64,000 nucleotides of DNA from Geosiphon pyriformis uo1 (taxonomy: Eukaryota > Fungi > Glomeromycota), in the NCBI GenBank assembly GCA_016748015.1, contig JAAOMT010000571.1:1360524-1424523 (forward strand), given 5' to 3'. How positions within the stretch are numbered: position 1 is the stretch's first letter; every line of letters starts with the position of its first letter. Shown one piece after another: positions 14,301 to 27,904 of the stretch. The translations under genes and the position numbers were made by a program. The notes under the pieces were generated by a model. It saw only the letters and a program-made list of their open reading frames with translations, was not told the DNA's origin and ran no database searches.

Positions 14301-17300
14301 TCAATTTCAAAACGTTAGTTGTGTTGAAAGAATTTCAAGTATAATAATTTAAGAATTTGGTTTTTGAATATTTAATTTTTATTTGAATGTATAAAAAGAT
14401 GATTTGTTTCAATTAAGATATCTAAAGTAAGATACTATGGTAAAATACTATAAGAAAATACATTTTCTTGAAGAGAGAAGCTTTTTTTTTATACAACTTG
14501 TTATAGTACTAGTCTTTAAACTTGTACTTTTTTCTTTGCTACAATTTGGGTGAACTAAAAATATATTTCTGCAAACTACAAGTTATTTCACTAAACTATT
14601 GATTATTTCGGCCAATTTTTATTAATTTTGGCGAATTTTGACTATGTTAAATGGTTCAGAATATTGTGTAATTTAATCATCTTAATTTCTAGAGTATAAA
14701 TTGGATTATTAATTGAGTAATGATATTTGATAATTTGATTAAATAATAAGTGATAATTGAAATAATAATGTATGCTAATTAATAATAGGAATTATGAACG
14801 TAATTTCATGCTAATTATTAGCTAAAATTCTACTAGTAACAATGGCATCATAATACTAATCAAGATATTAGTAATAGAAGCAACTCAGTACCAAGCTCTC
14901 ATTAGGAATAACTGGCTGTCCAAAACCAATGCCATGCTTAACTAGAACACCCAAGAACTGCAGCTCAGCCAAAACGGCCACTACACACATGTGCCAGCCA
15001 CTTGTGGTCACTTCAAGACCACAACCAATGACAAATCACTCATTGAATTAGAAGAAGAGGAAAAAAAACCTACCTGGAAAGCTTACCAAGTTTCCTGGGC
15101 CAATACCGAGCACAACAAATTACCACCAGTACTGTTCTGAGACAACCACAGAAAAAGAAAGCAAAAAGAGGAACTTACCAAAAATAATAAACAAACATGG
15201 TGGACTAATGATGACAGTACCAAGCTGATACCAACTTAGGAGTGGGAAGAGAATACAAAAAAAAAAAAAAGAAAAAAAAGAAGAGCCAGTACCAACCACT
15301 ACTGTCACTCATATTCTCTACACCTATACCACATCACCACTATCTAACTATTGCCAACTGAAACTAGTATGTATCAACTGTGGCAAAAAATTGTTCACAA
15401 TAGATGTATGCTGTAGTGATAACAAAGAATGGCCAATGGCAACTAAATTTTATTGCCATCCATGTCTCATTGATCAGTTTGGATGACCAAAAAGACAAGA
15501 AAAATGAGACAATGAACCATGCTTGGCTTGCAGCAAAACTCTTCTCAATGAAGAAATGTGGAATGACATCCCTAGGAGAGAAGAAACATGTAACAAATCA
15601 TATCAGTACATGATTCTAATAAGCAACTGAGTGAAAAAAGGAATACCAATAGAAGCAGTCTGAAGGAGAGCAGTAAAATGGTTAGATGGATGTCCACACA
15701 ATGACGACAAAATTTGGCAAATAGTTCTTACCAAAATCAAAAAAGTGTTACCAAAAGAAATAAGGACCATCAAAAACAACCCACCAGAACCCATAAAACT
15801 TGACTGAAACCTAAACCCAGATATTGTCTTAGAGCCAATAGACCCAAAACAATTCCATGAGCACTACCAAAAATTAGCACTCACTCAAGAAGAACAAAAA
15901 CAACAGTTAAAAGAAATAAACACATAACTATATGACTATTGTTTGATCTCATGTGACTTCCAATATTGTAATAAGTGTGATCTTATTTACAATCCACCAC
16001 CACACATGATCTACACAATTTCAGAGAAAAAAAACCAATCAGCAGCTGCACATTGGAATCAGAATCAATTTTCAATTCCAATCCAAACTCTGACAATGAC
16101 AATGATGAAAACAATGGTTCCAGTTCCACTCAATATGGCAACAAAAATAACAATGATTCAGACTTAGATTCAAACTCTGAACCATATATTACACTCCCTA
16201 ATTTTACCAAGGAACAAGAACTAAAATGGTTCAGCAATAATGATGAAGATATTATGTTAGAACATGCACATAATACCAATACCAGGTTTGATCTAAGATA
16301 TTCAGGGAAATATGCTATCAAACTGGAACCACATTTGTGCACATGCATTGATCTAAAAATAGCACTGGAAATTCTAGCAACCACTATGATTCAATTAGCA
16401 TCCAGAAGTAGTTTAGCAAAAAAGGGAATCAACATTAGAAGAAGAATAATTGATGCAGAATATGTAGAAAATATTATTGCAATGTTACAAAATGACTCAG
16501 AAAAGGCCTACATCATAGAGCCAAATGAAAAAATAGCACAGACAATATTCCTGCCTCTGGTTAAAATAGCTCAATTAGTATCAGTGGGAAACAGGAAGAA
16601 ATTAAGAATTACAGCAAAAGGAATATAGCGTTTCAGATCCATGAGTAGAATAGATGTACCAGTTAATATGACAGAGAAAAAAATTGTTAACAAAGGAGAA
16701 ATTATCTCCACCCATCAATCAATTTCTATTCTATCATATAATCAGTACATGGTAGTTATAGAGAGGAAAGTAAAAGATCAGGTTCAAATTTTTGAGACAG
16801 AAGCAACACTTTGTAAATCAGAAAAAATTGGATTAGTCAATTTACACATACCAGCCAAAAACCACTGTCACATCAAAATTTCCATTTACAACAACACAGA
16901 AGATATTATCGAGATACCAGAAGGAATCACTATTGGATATCTAACCACTGAAATTAAAGACCAACTGGTAAATACCATTCCAGATTTTTTACAATTGTGT
17001 AAATATGTAAATATAACATCTCAAACAATATATGGATGAGAAGAATATTATTTGCTCCAACCAAAACAATTGGAACAGATGAACTTAGAAAATTTAGACC
17101 CATTACAACATATGCAGCTTAAGATGTTACTTAACAATTTCAATGACATTTTTGTTAGTAAAAACGAATTTGGCAGAACCAACATAATCCAGCACCCAAT
17201 CAAGCCTGAAAATACAATGCTGATTAAACAAAAAGCATATCAAGTACCACCAGCCAGCCATGAAATTATTTGTCAAGAAATCAATCAAATGCTTGACAAT

Positions 17301-18452
17301 AGGCTAATTTAATCATTAATAAGCCTATGATTATTACCAGTAGTACTAATTCATAAAAAAAATGGGAAAATCCGCTTTTGTGTAAATTACTGGAAACTGA
17401 ATGGAGTAACCAAAGGAGATAGCTACTTAATACCAAAAATCCAAGAGCTGTTTGATGCTTTTGGAGGAAAAAAATGGTTCTTAACTTTAAACTTAGACAG
17501 CAGTTACTAACAAGTTGCCATGAAACCAGAAGATAAAAAGAAAACAGCTTTTATAACTCAAGAAGAAAATTTTGAATTTGAGATTATGCTATTTGGCTTG
17601 ATGAATGCTCTAGTCATATTTCAACAACTTATGAAAATCAGTAATTGTATATCTGGATGACATCAATGTGTTCTCCAAAACATTTGATGATCATCTACAC
17701 TATCTCCAACAAGTATTTAAAAGACTAAGAAAAACCGGATTGAAATTAAATGCAACCAAGTGTTTCTTTAGAAAAACAGAACTCAAGTTTTTAAGACATA
17801 TTGTGAACAAAGACGGTATTAAAACAGACCCAGATAAGATTGAGATTGTTAAGAACTTTTCAGTACTAAATAATCTCACAGAATTAAGAGCATTTTTGCG
17901 ATTTGCTGAATACTACTGCCATTTTATCAAAAACTTTTCCAAAATAGCTTAACCACTATATCAACTCCAAACAAAAAACACCAAATATAAATGGACTAAA
18001 GTCCAACAAAAAGCCTTTAACACACTGAAAAAAAACTGATTTAAGCTCCAATATTGATCTATTCAGATCATAGTAAGCCATTCATAATTACAACAGATAT
18101 ATTGGATCAAACATTGAGAGCAGTACTATCTCAGAAAAAATTAAACAGATGAGAACATTCAGTAACTTATGCCAGTAGAAACTTAAGTTCAGGTGAAAAG
18201 AACTATGGAACTTCAGTACTAAAACACTTAGCTATCTATTAGACTGTTATCAAATGGAAAGAATATTTGAGTTAAAAGTTTGATGTATACACTGATTATA
18301 AAGGATTGATTTCAATTCAGAAGCAAAAATTTGGAAACGACTGCCATACCAGATAGAAAATAGAACTTTTACCATTTAATTATACAGTACATTACAAAAA
18401 AAGAAAAAAAAACAGAAATGCTGATGGTCTGTCATAAATAAAACAAATCTAA
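11341..18452 (+). pseudogene. gag-pol: Gag-PR-Cys-rich-dUTPase-RT-RNase H of B, interrupted by a solo LTR
   Basis: Same-frame gag/PR fragments (11341, 12607, 13477); CYYCGKQKHLQFEC knuckle; ILDSGS protease; dUTPase in 16053-16628; YLDD at ~17648. Confidence 0.92.
13872..14841 (-). repeat. Solo LTR of another family inserted in the protease of B, TSD ATGG
   Basis: TGTTAT...GTAACA termini; ATGG at 13868-13871 and 14842-14845; removal restores KVNGIII. Strand inferred from polarity of the A-rich tract. Confidence 0.85.
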
Positions 18453-18483
18453 AAATATTTTAAACCCAAAAATATAACAAAAG

Positions 18484-19866
18484 ATGAATATACAAAAATA
18501 CTAACAACTCCAACATTATATAAATACTCAATTGTTCAAGAAAAAATTATCTCAAAAGAAACAAAACAACATAAAACAGCAATTAAAATATTTTATCAAC
18601 TATCAAAATATACTTTATCAGAAAAACAAAAGAAATCTAGATCAACTAACCAGAGTAATTACAGAACCAGAAAAAGAGACAATATTATTCAACATGCACT
18701 CAGATCTAACAGCAAAATATTTTCACAAAGAAGTAATCATAGAAAAAATCAGAAAAAGATATTATTAACCATCAATGTATCCAGACATTATTTAATATGT
18801 TTAAAGTTGTAATGCTTGTCAAAGAAGAGATGAAACAAAACCCAGTGAACTATTGAGACCAATCAAAGTAAAACAACCATTTAATTGTATTAGAATTGAC
18901 TTGATCAGACCATTAACAATTATCAGCAGAGGCAACAGATATATTGTAGTAGCCATGAATTATCTCACAAAATGGCCAGAAGCAAAAGCCATTCAAAGAG
19001 CAGATGCAGAATTCATTGCTGAATTCGTCCATCAAAATTTGATCTATTGACACAGATGTTCAAAAAAACTATTATCAAATCAAGGAACTCACTTTGTAAA
19101 TAGAACATTGGCAGAATTAAGTCAAAGATTTGGGATAAAAAGACCATTATCATCACCATATTATTCACAAACAAATGAGTTAGTTGAAAAATTCAACAGA
19201 ACACTGTGTGAAACAATAGCCAAGATCAGCCAAGAAAACCAAGATAAATGGAATTTGTTCATACCATTAGTATTATTTGTTTACAGGACAATGAAGCAAG
19301 ACACTATACAAGCAACACTATTTAAATTAGTATACAGTAGAACAGCAACATTACCAATTGAAATAGAAGTCAGAACATATCCAACAAAATCAATAACAGA
19401 AGAGAATTTTCAAAGAACATTGTTGAGAAAAACATATGACTTAATGGAAACACTAGAAAACAAATGGCAAAAAGCAGCTGATAACATCCAAAAGTTACAA
19501 GAAAAACAAAAAGAAAGACATAATAACCAACTACCAGATAAACCAGTTGAATTCAAAATTGGAGACAAAGTATTTTTACATCATACCAAAGCAAAAAAAC
19601 AATGAAATAGAAAATTTGACCCCAAATAGAATGGACTATTTTACATAGAAGGAATTCTAGAAAATAGAGCTTATAAATTAAAATGAAACAACAAAATCTT
19701 AACCAAAGCAGCACATGGTGATTGACTGAAACTATATTATCATATAGTGTTATCATCTACCAGTAATATTCCACAATTAGGAATACAGAGACTACTAGTT
19801 CAATCAAATGAAATTCCACGAGATCTGAAACCAATCATAGTTATTAAATCAAACACATCAAATTGA
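18484..19866 (+). pseudogene. int: Separately encoded integrase of B
   Basis: Own ATG at 18484; HHCC remnant (NMHSD...CNACQ), IDLIRP, ELVEKFNRTL, GPY/F-like region; no chromodomain seen. Confidence 0.9.
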
Positions 19867-20539
19867 ACAACCAAAAGAGTATATAAAGACATAGTATATA
19901 TGACAAAAGCAGCAAAAAAAAATGGAAATACCAGATCATATTCATATTTTAATTCAACAATTGTTTCAGGCTTCAAGTCAACAGCAAGTAAACATAGAAA
20001 TTATCATCAACAACCAAACAANNNNNNNNNNNNNNNNNNNNTAACCAACTACCAGATAAACCAGTTGAATTCAAAATTGGAGACAAAGTATTTTTACATC
20101 ATACCAAAGCAAAAAAACAATGAAATAGAAAATTTGACCCCAAATAGAATGGACTATTTTACATAGAAGGAATTCTAGAAAATAGAGCTTATAAATTAAA
20201 ATGAAACAACAAAATCTTAACCAAAGCAGCACATGGTGATTGACTGAAACTATATTATCATATAGTGTTATCATCTACCAGTAATATTCCACAATTAGGA
20301 ATACAGAGACTACTAGTTCAATCAAATGAAATTCCACGAGATCTGAAACCAATCATAGTTATTAAATCAAACACATCAAATTGAACAACCAAAAGAGTAT
20401 ATAAAGACATAGTATATATGACAAAAGCAGCAAAAAAAAATGGAAATACCAGATCATATTCATATTTTAATTCAACAATTGTTTCAGGCTTCAAGTCAAC
20501 AGCAAGTAAACATAGAAATTATCATCAACAACCAAACAA
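19524..20539 (+). other. Exact 498-bp duplication flanking a 20-N gap (20022-20041), probably an assembly artefact
   Basis: 19524-20021 equals 20042-20539; identical ORF translations at offset 518. Confidence 0.85.
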
Positions 20540-21075
20540 TCTGTTATCAAAACACCAAACAAAAAGAGAAAAGTACACCATACCAGCAACTACAAAAACA
20601 ATCAATAAACTGGTTAGATAAAATAATAGAGAAGGTAAAGAACACTTTTGAAAAGATAACCATCATGGTTCCAATAGAAAAACTGGCAAAAGAAAATTGG
20701 AACAAATAAATAGACCAACTTCTAATACCATACTGCTACTATCAATTGGAACAAAAAGTAGATATTCAGAAGTTATATCTTGACAAATCTAAGAGAATCT
20801 TCAATTAAGAGATAATCCGGAATATTAAAGACATTATTAGAAAGAAAACAAATTTAACACTACACATTAGAACCATTTATTGACTACACACTATATTTCA
20901 AAACTACCCAGAAGTATTGTTATACTCTGACATGGAAACAATAATTATCAACCAATAGGGAAAAATGAACAACTCACAAATCAAAGAAATAAAGAGTAGG
21001 GTAAAACAGATGCTACTTAAAAAAGAAGTATTTGACATAATTCAAAATGAAAATTTTAACAGAGCTCAATATTAA
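20440..21075 (+). pseudogene. ORF3 of B, unknown ~211 aa protein
   Basis: One frame from MEIPDHIH to FNRAQY* with internal stops; YCYYQL motif shared with D, related motif in E and G. Confidence 0.85.
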
Positions 21076-21088
21076 AAAGAGAAGATAA

Positions 21089-21874
21089 TATTACTTATAA
21101 AAAGAAAAAACAGATATAGAAAATAGTAGACCAATAAGAGAATAGTAGTTAGCACATGAGCATATTGCTCAGCAATATGAATATTGCTCAAGAAATCATA
21201 ACACATTACTCGAGAATGTGAGTGATCTCATAAAACATCAATTATGTATATATAATAATAGCATTAAAAGAAAAAAAAACAGACCTTCTAGTTTAGATTT
21301 GATTTAAGCAACCTTTCATTCACAAATATCAAATAAATAATTATTTACTATTTTAATTTACTCTCCACTATTAACACTTCATGTTGATAGTAATTGATAC
21401 TTAAACCATACTGGAACAATAGCTCTTGATCATGGCTATTGATGGAATACTAACATTTATTGCTTTGGCTTATTTCTTTTATTTTTATTTTATTTTCTTT
21501 TGTTATTTTGTTTGTTTTACTAATTGATTAAAAAATAAAAGTGCTGAGTTATTAACATCAAGGATAGCCTGGTAAAAGACCTTAAAGGAAGGGTATAATA
21601 TTGAGAATTTAAGGATAGCTTACCAGAAAAGCATTTCTGCCAGATTACCAGCCACCATGCTGAAAAAGAAATTGGATGGAATTGCAATTCCGGGAGACTA
21701 CTGAAATAACTATTGAATCTCTGTTTATTATACAAAGAACTTAACAACACAACTTTTAGACTATCAAAACCTTTAGATCAACCAAACTTTCAGAAACTAT
21801 CATTATTATATCAATTAAGCACCAAGTTACAGGTTTGTTATTTGCTTTAAGACCCTAAATAATCATCTATAACA
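21089..21874 (+). repeat. 3' LTR of B, preceded by PPT 21076-21088
   Basis: Direct repeat of the 5' LTR, shorter by loss of U3 repeat units. Confidence 0.93.
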
Positions 21875-23259
21875 TTATTAAAACTTATATTATGATAAAC
21901 ATAAAAGAAATGATGTTTTGTAATCTCAAAAAAAATTTTTAGAAAAAATATATAAGCATAAAAAATATATGTTAAAATATGAAAATAAATTTATGAATCA
22001 AATACATTCTAACTTACTTAATAGAAAAAAAGAAAGAGTTCTTATAATTCATAATAAATGTATTTTTTATTCAAATAATAACAAATATGGCATATGAACT
22101 GAGCATAAAAATTTGCCACAAAAAAAAAAATAGAAGATTAATCATAATTAGTAAATTTCTAATTAAAATTAATAGATATTTATGTTTACAACAAAATGAT
22201 ATAAAAAACTATTCTAATATATCAAAAGAGACACAATGTTATTTGCAATCTAATATAAATTAAGATAATTATTAGATAATAAACCATCTTCTTAAACAAA
22301 TTAAATATAAAACAATTCCAATTTTTGAGAAATTATATTTGGATTGTACAGCTGTATTTACTTTTAATAATAGCTCTAATCATGCAACATTTAGTAAAAA
22401 TGCTTAATTGCAAGCAAAATAAATTTAAGTCTAGGTGAAAAGCAATCATTAATATAAAATACTTTTTTTGGATTAGATAATCAATTATAATCAATGATCT
22501 TTCCAGAAATATATTCAGATAAAAAACTTCAAAGATTGTTTAAAGGAATTAAACAAATATTAATAGAATGAAAAAAATAGCCATTAAAAAAATTAGTATT
22601 AAAATGCCAAAAATGTAAAAGAAAAATCAAAAATTTTTTAAAAGTTTCTTGTTGTGCACATCAAGTAATATCTTTGGAATTTGATTTTTTTGTTTAAAAA
22701 AATGCAATTAAAAAATTAATTGAAAGCATGAGACATAAATACATTTTTTTTCCAAAATTTCATTGTAAATTAAATTTTATTAAAAGATATTAGAAAGCTG
22801 CTAAAAGATATACACATTACAAATGTAATTATTTATAGAAAAAATTACAAAAAATAGTGTTTAAAAATCTTAAATTAGTATTTTTAATAACTATTAGACA
22901 ATTTTCAAGAAAATATTGGTGTTATATAAATTTTTATAAAAAGATTTTAGTGAAAAATTAGTGAAATATACTATAAAAAAGTATAAATTTCATAAAAAAA
23001 TTCCAGATAATATTCTTAAAGAATTAGATAAATTAAATAATATTCAAACTTTATAATACTGTATTTGGTTTTATATTATATAAAATTTAATAAAATTTTA
23101 TTTTTTATTATAAATAATATATTAAAAACACATGTATATTAACCAATAAAATTTAATTATATAAATAAAAACATGTGAAAATTATTATTTAAAATTTCGA
23201 ACTGATCTATATTTTTGATAATTATAAATAATTTATACCATAATAGCTTATTATAATAA

Positions 23260-26194
23260 GTATGCCCAATATACCCAAATACTCTTCAAAATGCAGTTAT
23301 TCATGCCAAAAATTTTGAATTGGCAGAACTTAAAACCAATTATGTCCAAGCTGTCACTTAGTAATGAACAGATTATTTAAATTAGATTTTAAGCTAAAAC
23401 AATTTAGTAATTCAATCAACCAAAAATTAAAAAAATATTTAGCTAATAATTAAGTAATTTATTAGCTTCCTCAATATTATGACAATTTAGGAAATTTAAA
23501 TCAATTCCAAAATCAGCCATGTTTATTATTATTATTATCAAATCAATTATAATAACAAAAAATGTGTAATTGTTACTATTGTAATAAACAAAACTATTTA
23601 AAAGCAAATTGCTATTTCAAATTTAATAACTCACAATTAAGAAACCAATATAGAAGTCCAAATCACAGATTTCAAACCCAAAACTACATCAATAATTCGT
23701 TATTTAAACAATACCAATCATATTACACACTAATAATACAACAACTAATATATTTATCTGTCATTTATCAAACTTTAACACCAGTAATATATCAACTATA
23801 GTCACAAGTAATTTATCAATTTTAACAAATTCAAATACTATTTTAATATACTATATTAATATCAAATAAAATTCAAAAACTAAGAATTACCTATATTCAA
23901 CAAAATTGAAAATTAGCAATAATTATGTACCAACTAATCTCCAGTTTATTAAACCAGCCATTAAAATTACATTTAAAAAATTCAGGAAATGGGTAAACCC
24001 AAAACCCAAATTTTCAGAATTATTTAAATCTATTGGTAATTCCAGAAATTACAACACCCAAATTATTAGAAATCAATTCAATACCACTTACTAACAATAT
24101 TTCATTAACAACTGTTATAGAAGACAAATTACTAATTACTATCTTTTTATTTGAATTAAAAGATTAATCAAAAACCTTATTATTTAGTGGAACTGTTTTT
24201 AATGCCAAATTTATTATTATTATATATACTAATACCAAAGTTAATGGCCAATTTATCAAACTAATCTTTAATAATAGGCAGCAAACAGCATTATTACATG
24301 ACAATTTATAGACTAATTAAATTACTAAGTTAATTATACAGCCAATACCAAAATTATCACAGCCAATAAAGCAGCCAAAACTCTAATTAGTGAAATTAAC
24401 AACTTCTTTTTTAAAGTCAATAATATCATTACATCCATTAAAATTCTTATTATAAAAGCCACACAGTACCAAATTCTTGTTGGTAATAATTGACTGTTTA
24501 AGACTAATACTGTGCTTAACTGAAATACTCAGAAGCTATAGCTTAATTAAAATAATTAGCATATTTAAGTATTAGCTATCTATAGTCATTTTAAAACAAC
24601 CTAATTACAGCCATTAATAGAATTTAAGAAAGAAAAAAAACCTATCTAGAAGACTTAGCAAGTCTTATAAGCTAAAAATAATTACAATAAACTACTGCTA
24701 ATACTCTTTTGAAACAATTAGAGAAAAAAAAAAAAAGAAGACAAACTATAAGTCACTATTTTCACAAAAAAAACAAACAATAATTGGCATATTTCATATT
24801 TATTAGAACCAAAAAAAAAACCACTCTACTACTAAAATCTAGCACTCATTCAAGAAAAACAAGAACAGTATTTAGAATAATTAAATGCTAGATTCTGTAA
24901 ATATTGTCTAATTTTTAGTGACTTTAAATATTGTAACAATTGTAATTTTATTTACAATCTATCACCACAGATGATTTATTTAATTTCCAAAAAAAAAACC
25001 AAATAGTGAATGTGTTTTGAAATCAGAATCAAAATTTAATCATAATTTAAACTTTAATAATAATAACAACAATGATTCTAATATTGTTTACAATAATAAC
25101 AATAGCAACAACAATCCAAATTCCAATTCTAAACTCAAACAATATATTATGCTTCCAGATTTTTTAATAGAGCAGAAATTTAAATAGTTTAGCAATAATA
25201 ATAAAAGTATCATATTAGAATAAATACATAATACTAATACAAAGTTTAATCTCAGATATTTTTAAAAAACTGCTATCAGATTGGAATCTTATTTATGTAT
25301 CAGTATAAATTTAGGAGATTTAAAAGATTTCAACAGAGCTTAATATTAAAAAGAAAAAATAATATTACTCATAAAAATTAGGAATTATAATAATAAGTAA
25401 AATAATCAATCAGAAATAAATATAATAAAAAGAAAAATTCCAGGATTTTTTTTGAAAAATTACAGAATTGCAAAATTGCAAAATTTTAGAATTTCTGTTA
25501 AAGAAATTGAAAAATTTTAAAGAATTTTGTATAACATAAATTATATATATATAGCAAGAGTATTAAAAGCAAAAAAAGACTAGACTTAAACAAAATAGTA
25601 GTTAACAATAACTACTTATTCCATACTCTTTCTTTTAAAATATAGTTTTTTATAATTTGAAGCAGAATTATTTCCATATTAATAAAATTATCCATTATCA
25701 TCCAATTTATGTTATTATTATTTGATTAAAAAAATATTAATATTTCTATATTATAATACTCTATGTTAATAAAATTCAATACTTAACTATACTAAATCAA
25801 TAGTTTTTAATTATAACTATTGATAAAGTATTAATTTTTTATTTTCTTTTTTTCTTTTTTTTATTTTGTTTCTTTGTTGTTTACTAATTAATTAAAAAAA
25901 TTAAGTATTAAATATTTAACATCAAGAATAATCTGGTAAAAAACCCAAAAACAAGAGTAGAAAACTTAAGAATAGCTTACCAGAAAGGCATAACTGCCAA
26001 AATAAATTGGCCATCATCCTGAAAAAAAAAATTCACAAAAAAAACCATTAATTAAATCTCTGTTTATTATATAAAAAACTCAACCAAAATCTTTAAACTC
26101 TAAAACTTTCAAAAATTACCAACATTCTTAGCTATTGAGCACCAAATTATAGGTTTATTATTTGTTTTAACACCCTAAATAATTATTTGTAACA
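23260..26194 (+). mobile_element. Old, internally deleted Ty3/Gypsy copy C (gag C-terminus, PR, Cys-rich part, dUTPase start, ORF3 tail, PPT, 3' LTR)
   Basis: CYYCNKQNYLKANC knuckle remnant in 23562 ORF; protease remnant ~24240-24500; junction to ORF3 tail at ~25310; LTR 25363-26194. Confidence 0.85.
25363..26194 (+). repeat. 3' LTR of C
   Basis: TATTACTCATA...TGTAACA; follows decayed PPT; similar to LTR of A. Confidence 0.85.
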
Positions 26195-27904
26195 ATATAT
26201 TAAATATTAAATTCTAATAAGTTATAATATTATAAATTAATTTCAATTCTTTAAAATTAAAAGTCCAACATTATTTTTTCATAATATTAGAATAAAAAAC
26301 AAATTTTAACAATTAATTTTTAAAGCTAAATAATATGTAAAATACAATAAACTAAGATTATAGGTATTTTAAATTTAATAATTAAACAAAACCAATTTTA
26401 ATTATATACTTATCTTAAAAATTAAATTCAAATTTAGAATATTCAAGATATTTAACTTAATATTTTTTTTAGCAATATTATTAGTTTTTAATATTTTTAA
26501 TATATTTTAAACTGCCAAATTAATGATATAAACAATATAAATAATATGATTTTTATGTTTATTAAATTCAATATTTTTATTTTGATTAATGTTTTTAAAA
26601 CAGTATATAAATATATTATTATTTTATAATATATTTAAGAATTTAAAAAATTAAAAATAAATAAAAATATAATAAAAAAAATATTAAGTTTTTTACAATA
26701 TTTTACAAATACTATAGCAGAATTTTTTTTTTATTAAAATTTAACAAATGCAGTCTAATCATTACCTAAGTACATAAAATCAAATAAGATTCTAAATTAA
26801 AAGTGGTTCATGTCTTTTCTATACATGATTAGACACTTAGTTTAGTTAAGACAGCACTATGTACTTACAGGATTTGTCAAAAGAATATTACACAAGACAC
26901 CAAAACCCAATTCAGTAAGATAGAAACACAAACCAAAACTCATATGAACACCCAACCTGATACCGAAGCTACAGATAATATTAACAGTCCAAACATCTGA
27001 CAAACCAGCCACCGAAGGCACCACAGATCCATCTCATAATAAAAGATTGTGCTTCTTATAGAAGGCCCTCAATTTGGCTGCAGGCAACCAAATATCTGAT
27101 CTATGACTCTTTGTAAGACTGTGAACCAACTTAACAATCAAATAGCCACCAAAATCAAAGCTAAGGCACTAAAAAGCATTAGCTGTTCAGCTTTTTAACA
27201 CAAATCTCTTGGCCAACAACATGTACAATTTACCAGACAACTCAGCTTTATGCAGAGATTGTTCCACCTACTTTTCACAGCAGACCCACCAGCCATTTTA
27301 TTCCACATCTTACTAATGGACAATAATATAGATCTCCTGGCATTGTCATCATGTGTACAAAAAACAGGTGATCAGAGTCCTCAACCATTCTACACCTAAT
27401 GCACATTATGCTAGAATATTTGGAATTGTACAATCTCTTCCTTACAGTGACTGGCAGGCAGTGATGCAGAAATTTTATAAGGTAGGACTGCAGAGAAGCT
27501 GAAGACAAACTGGTGTGACTGGAGCAGATCTTACCATTAGGGTGCCAAACACTGAATGATTTAGGTGTGTTAATATTACCAGCAACACCACCATTAACAA
27601 TGTTGGCACCATACCTGGATTCCCAACTGACAAAATTAATAGTGTTGAACAAACTTTTGACAAAATAACATGCATTTCCAGAAACAGATCTGTTTTCAAT
27701 CCTAAAAAATTGATATGGCATGTCTAGGGGCAGTATAGACTCAGAGATAACTGCTGCATTAGCAAAAAAATTCACTTGTTTATTCCCAACAATGTCTAAA
27801 TGTCCCTTGACTTTTTTCCACATAACTGACAGATTTTTTTTCAAAATAACTTGATGAATATGTTTCTTCTTGATCCAGCATTTGTGGCAAAAATTAGGAC
27901 CCGA

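Larger units (their letters stand above)
10436..21874 (+). mobile_element. Full-length Ty3/Gypsy copy B with both LTRs and 4-bp TSD TTAT
   Basis: LTRs 10436-11278 and 21089-21874; TTAT at 10432-10435 and 21875-21878; PBS and PPT present. Confidence 0.95.
9475..23058 (+). mobile_element. Decayed DDE transposase gene (IS630/Tc1/mariner-type C-terminal motif), split by insertion of B; pieces ~9475-10435 and 21879-~23058
   Basis: Removing B rejoins GYLFQQYY/..LYYDKHKRND; downstream HNKCIFYSN (HDE..F), AVFTFNNSSNH (FDN..H) and FPKFHCKLNFIKRY* (PxxxxELNxIExxW) after reversing G>A changes. Start position is approximate and TIRs were not established. Confidence 0.75.

Noticed and set aside
11341-18452. 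Alternative genetic code or programmed readthrough explaining the many in-frame stops
   Set aside because: Stops are of all three types, mostly fall at different positions in different copies, and derive from CGA, CAA or TGG by transitions.
19524-20539. Tandem duplication of IN tail and ORF3 start as real biology
   Set aside because: The copies are identical in an otherwise mutated element and flank a 20-N gap, typical of an unmerged contig overlap.
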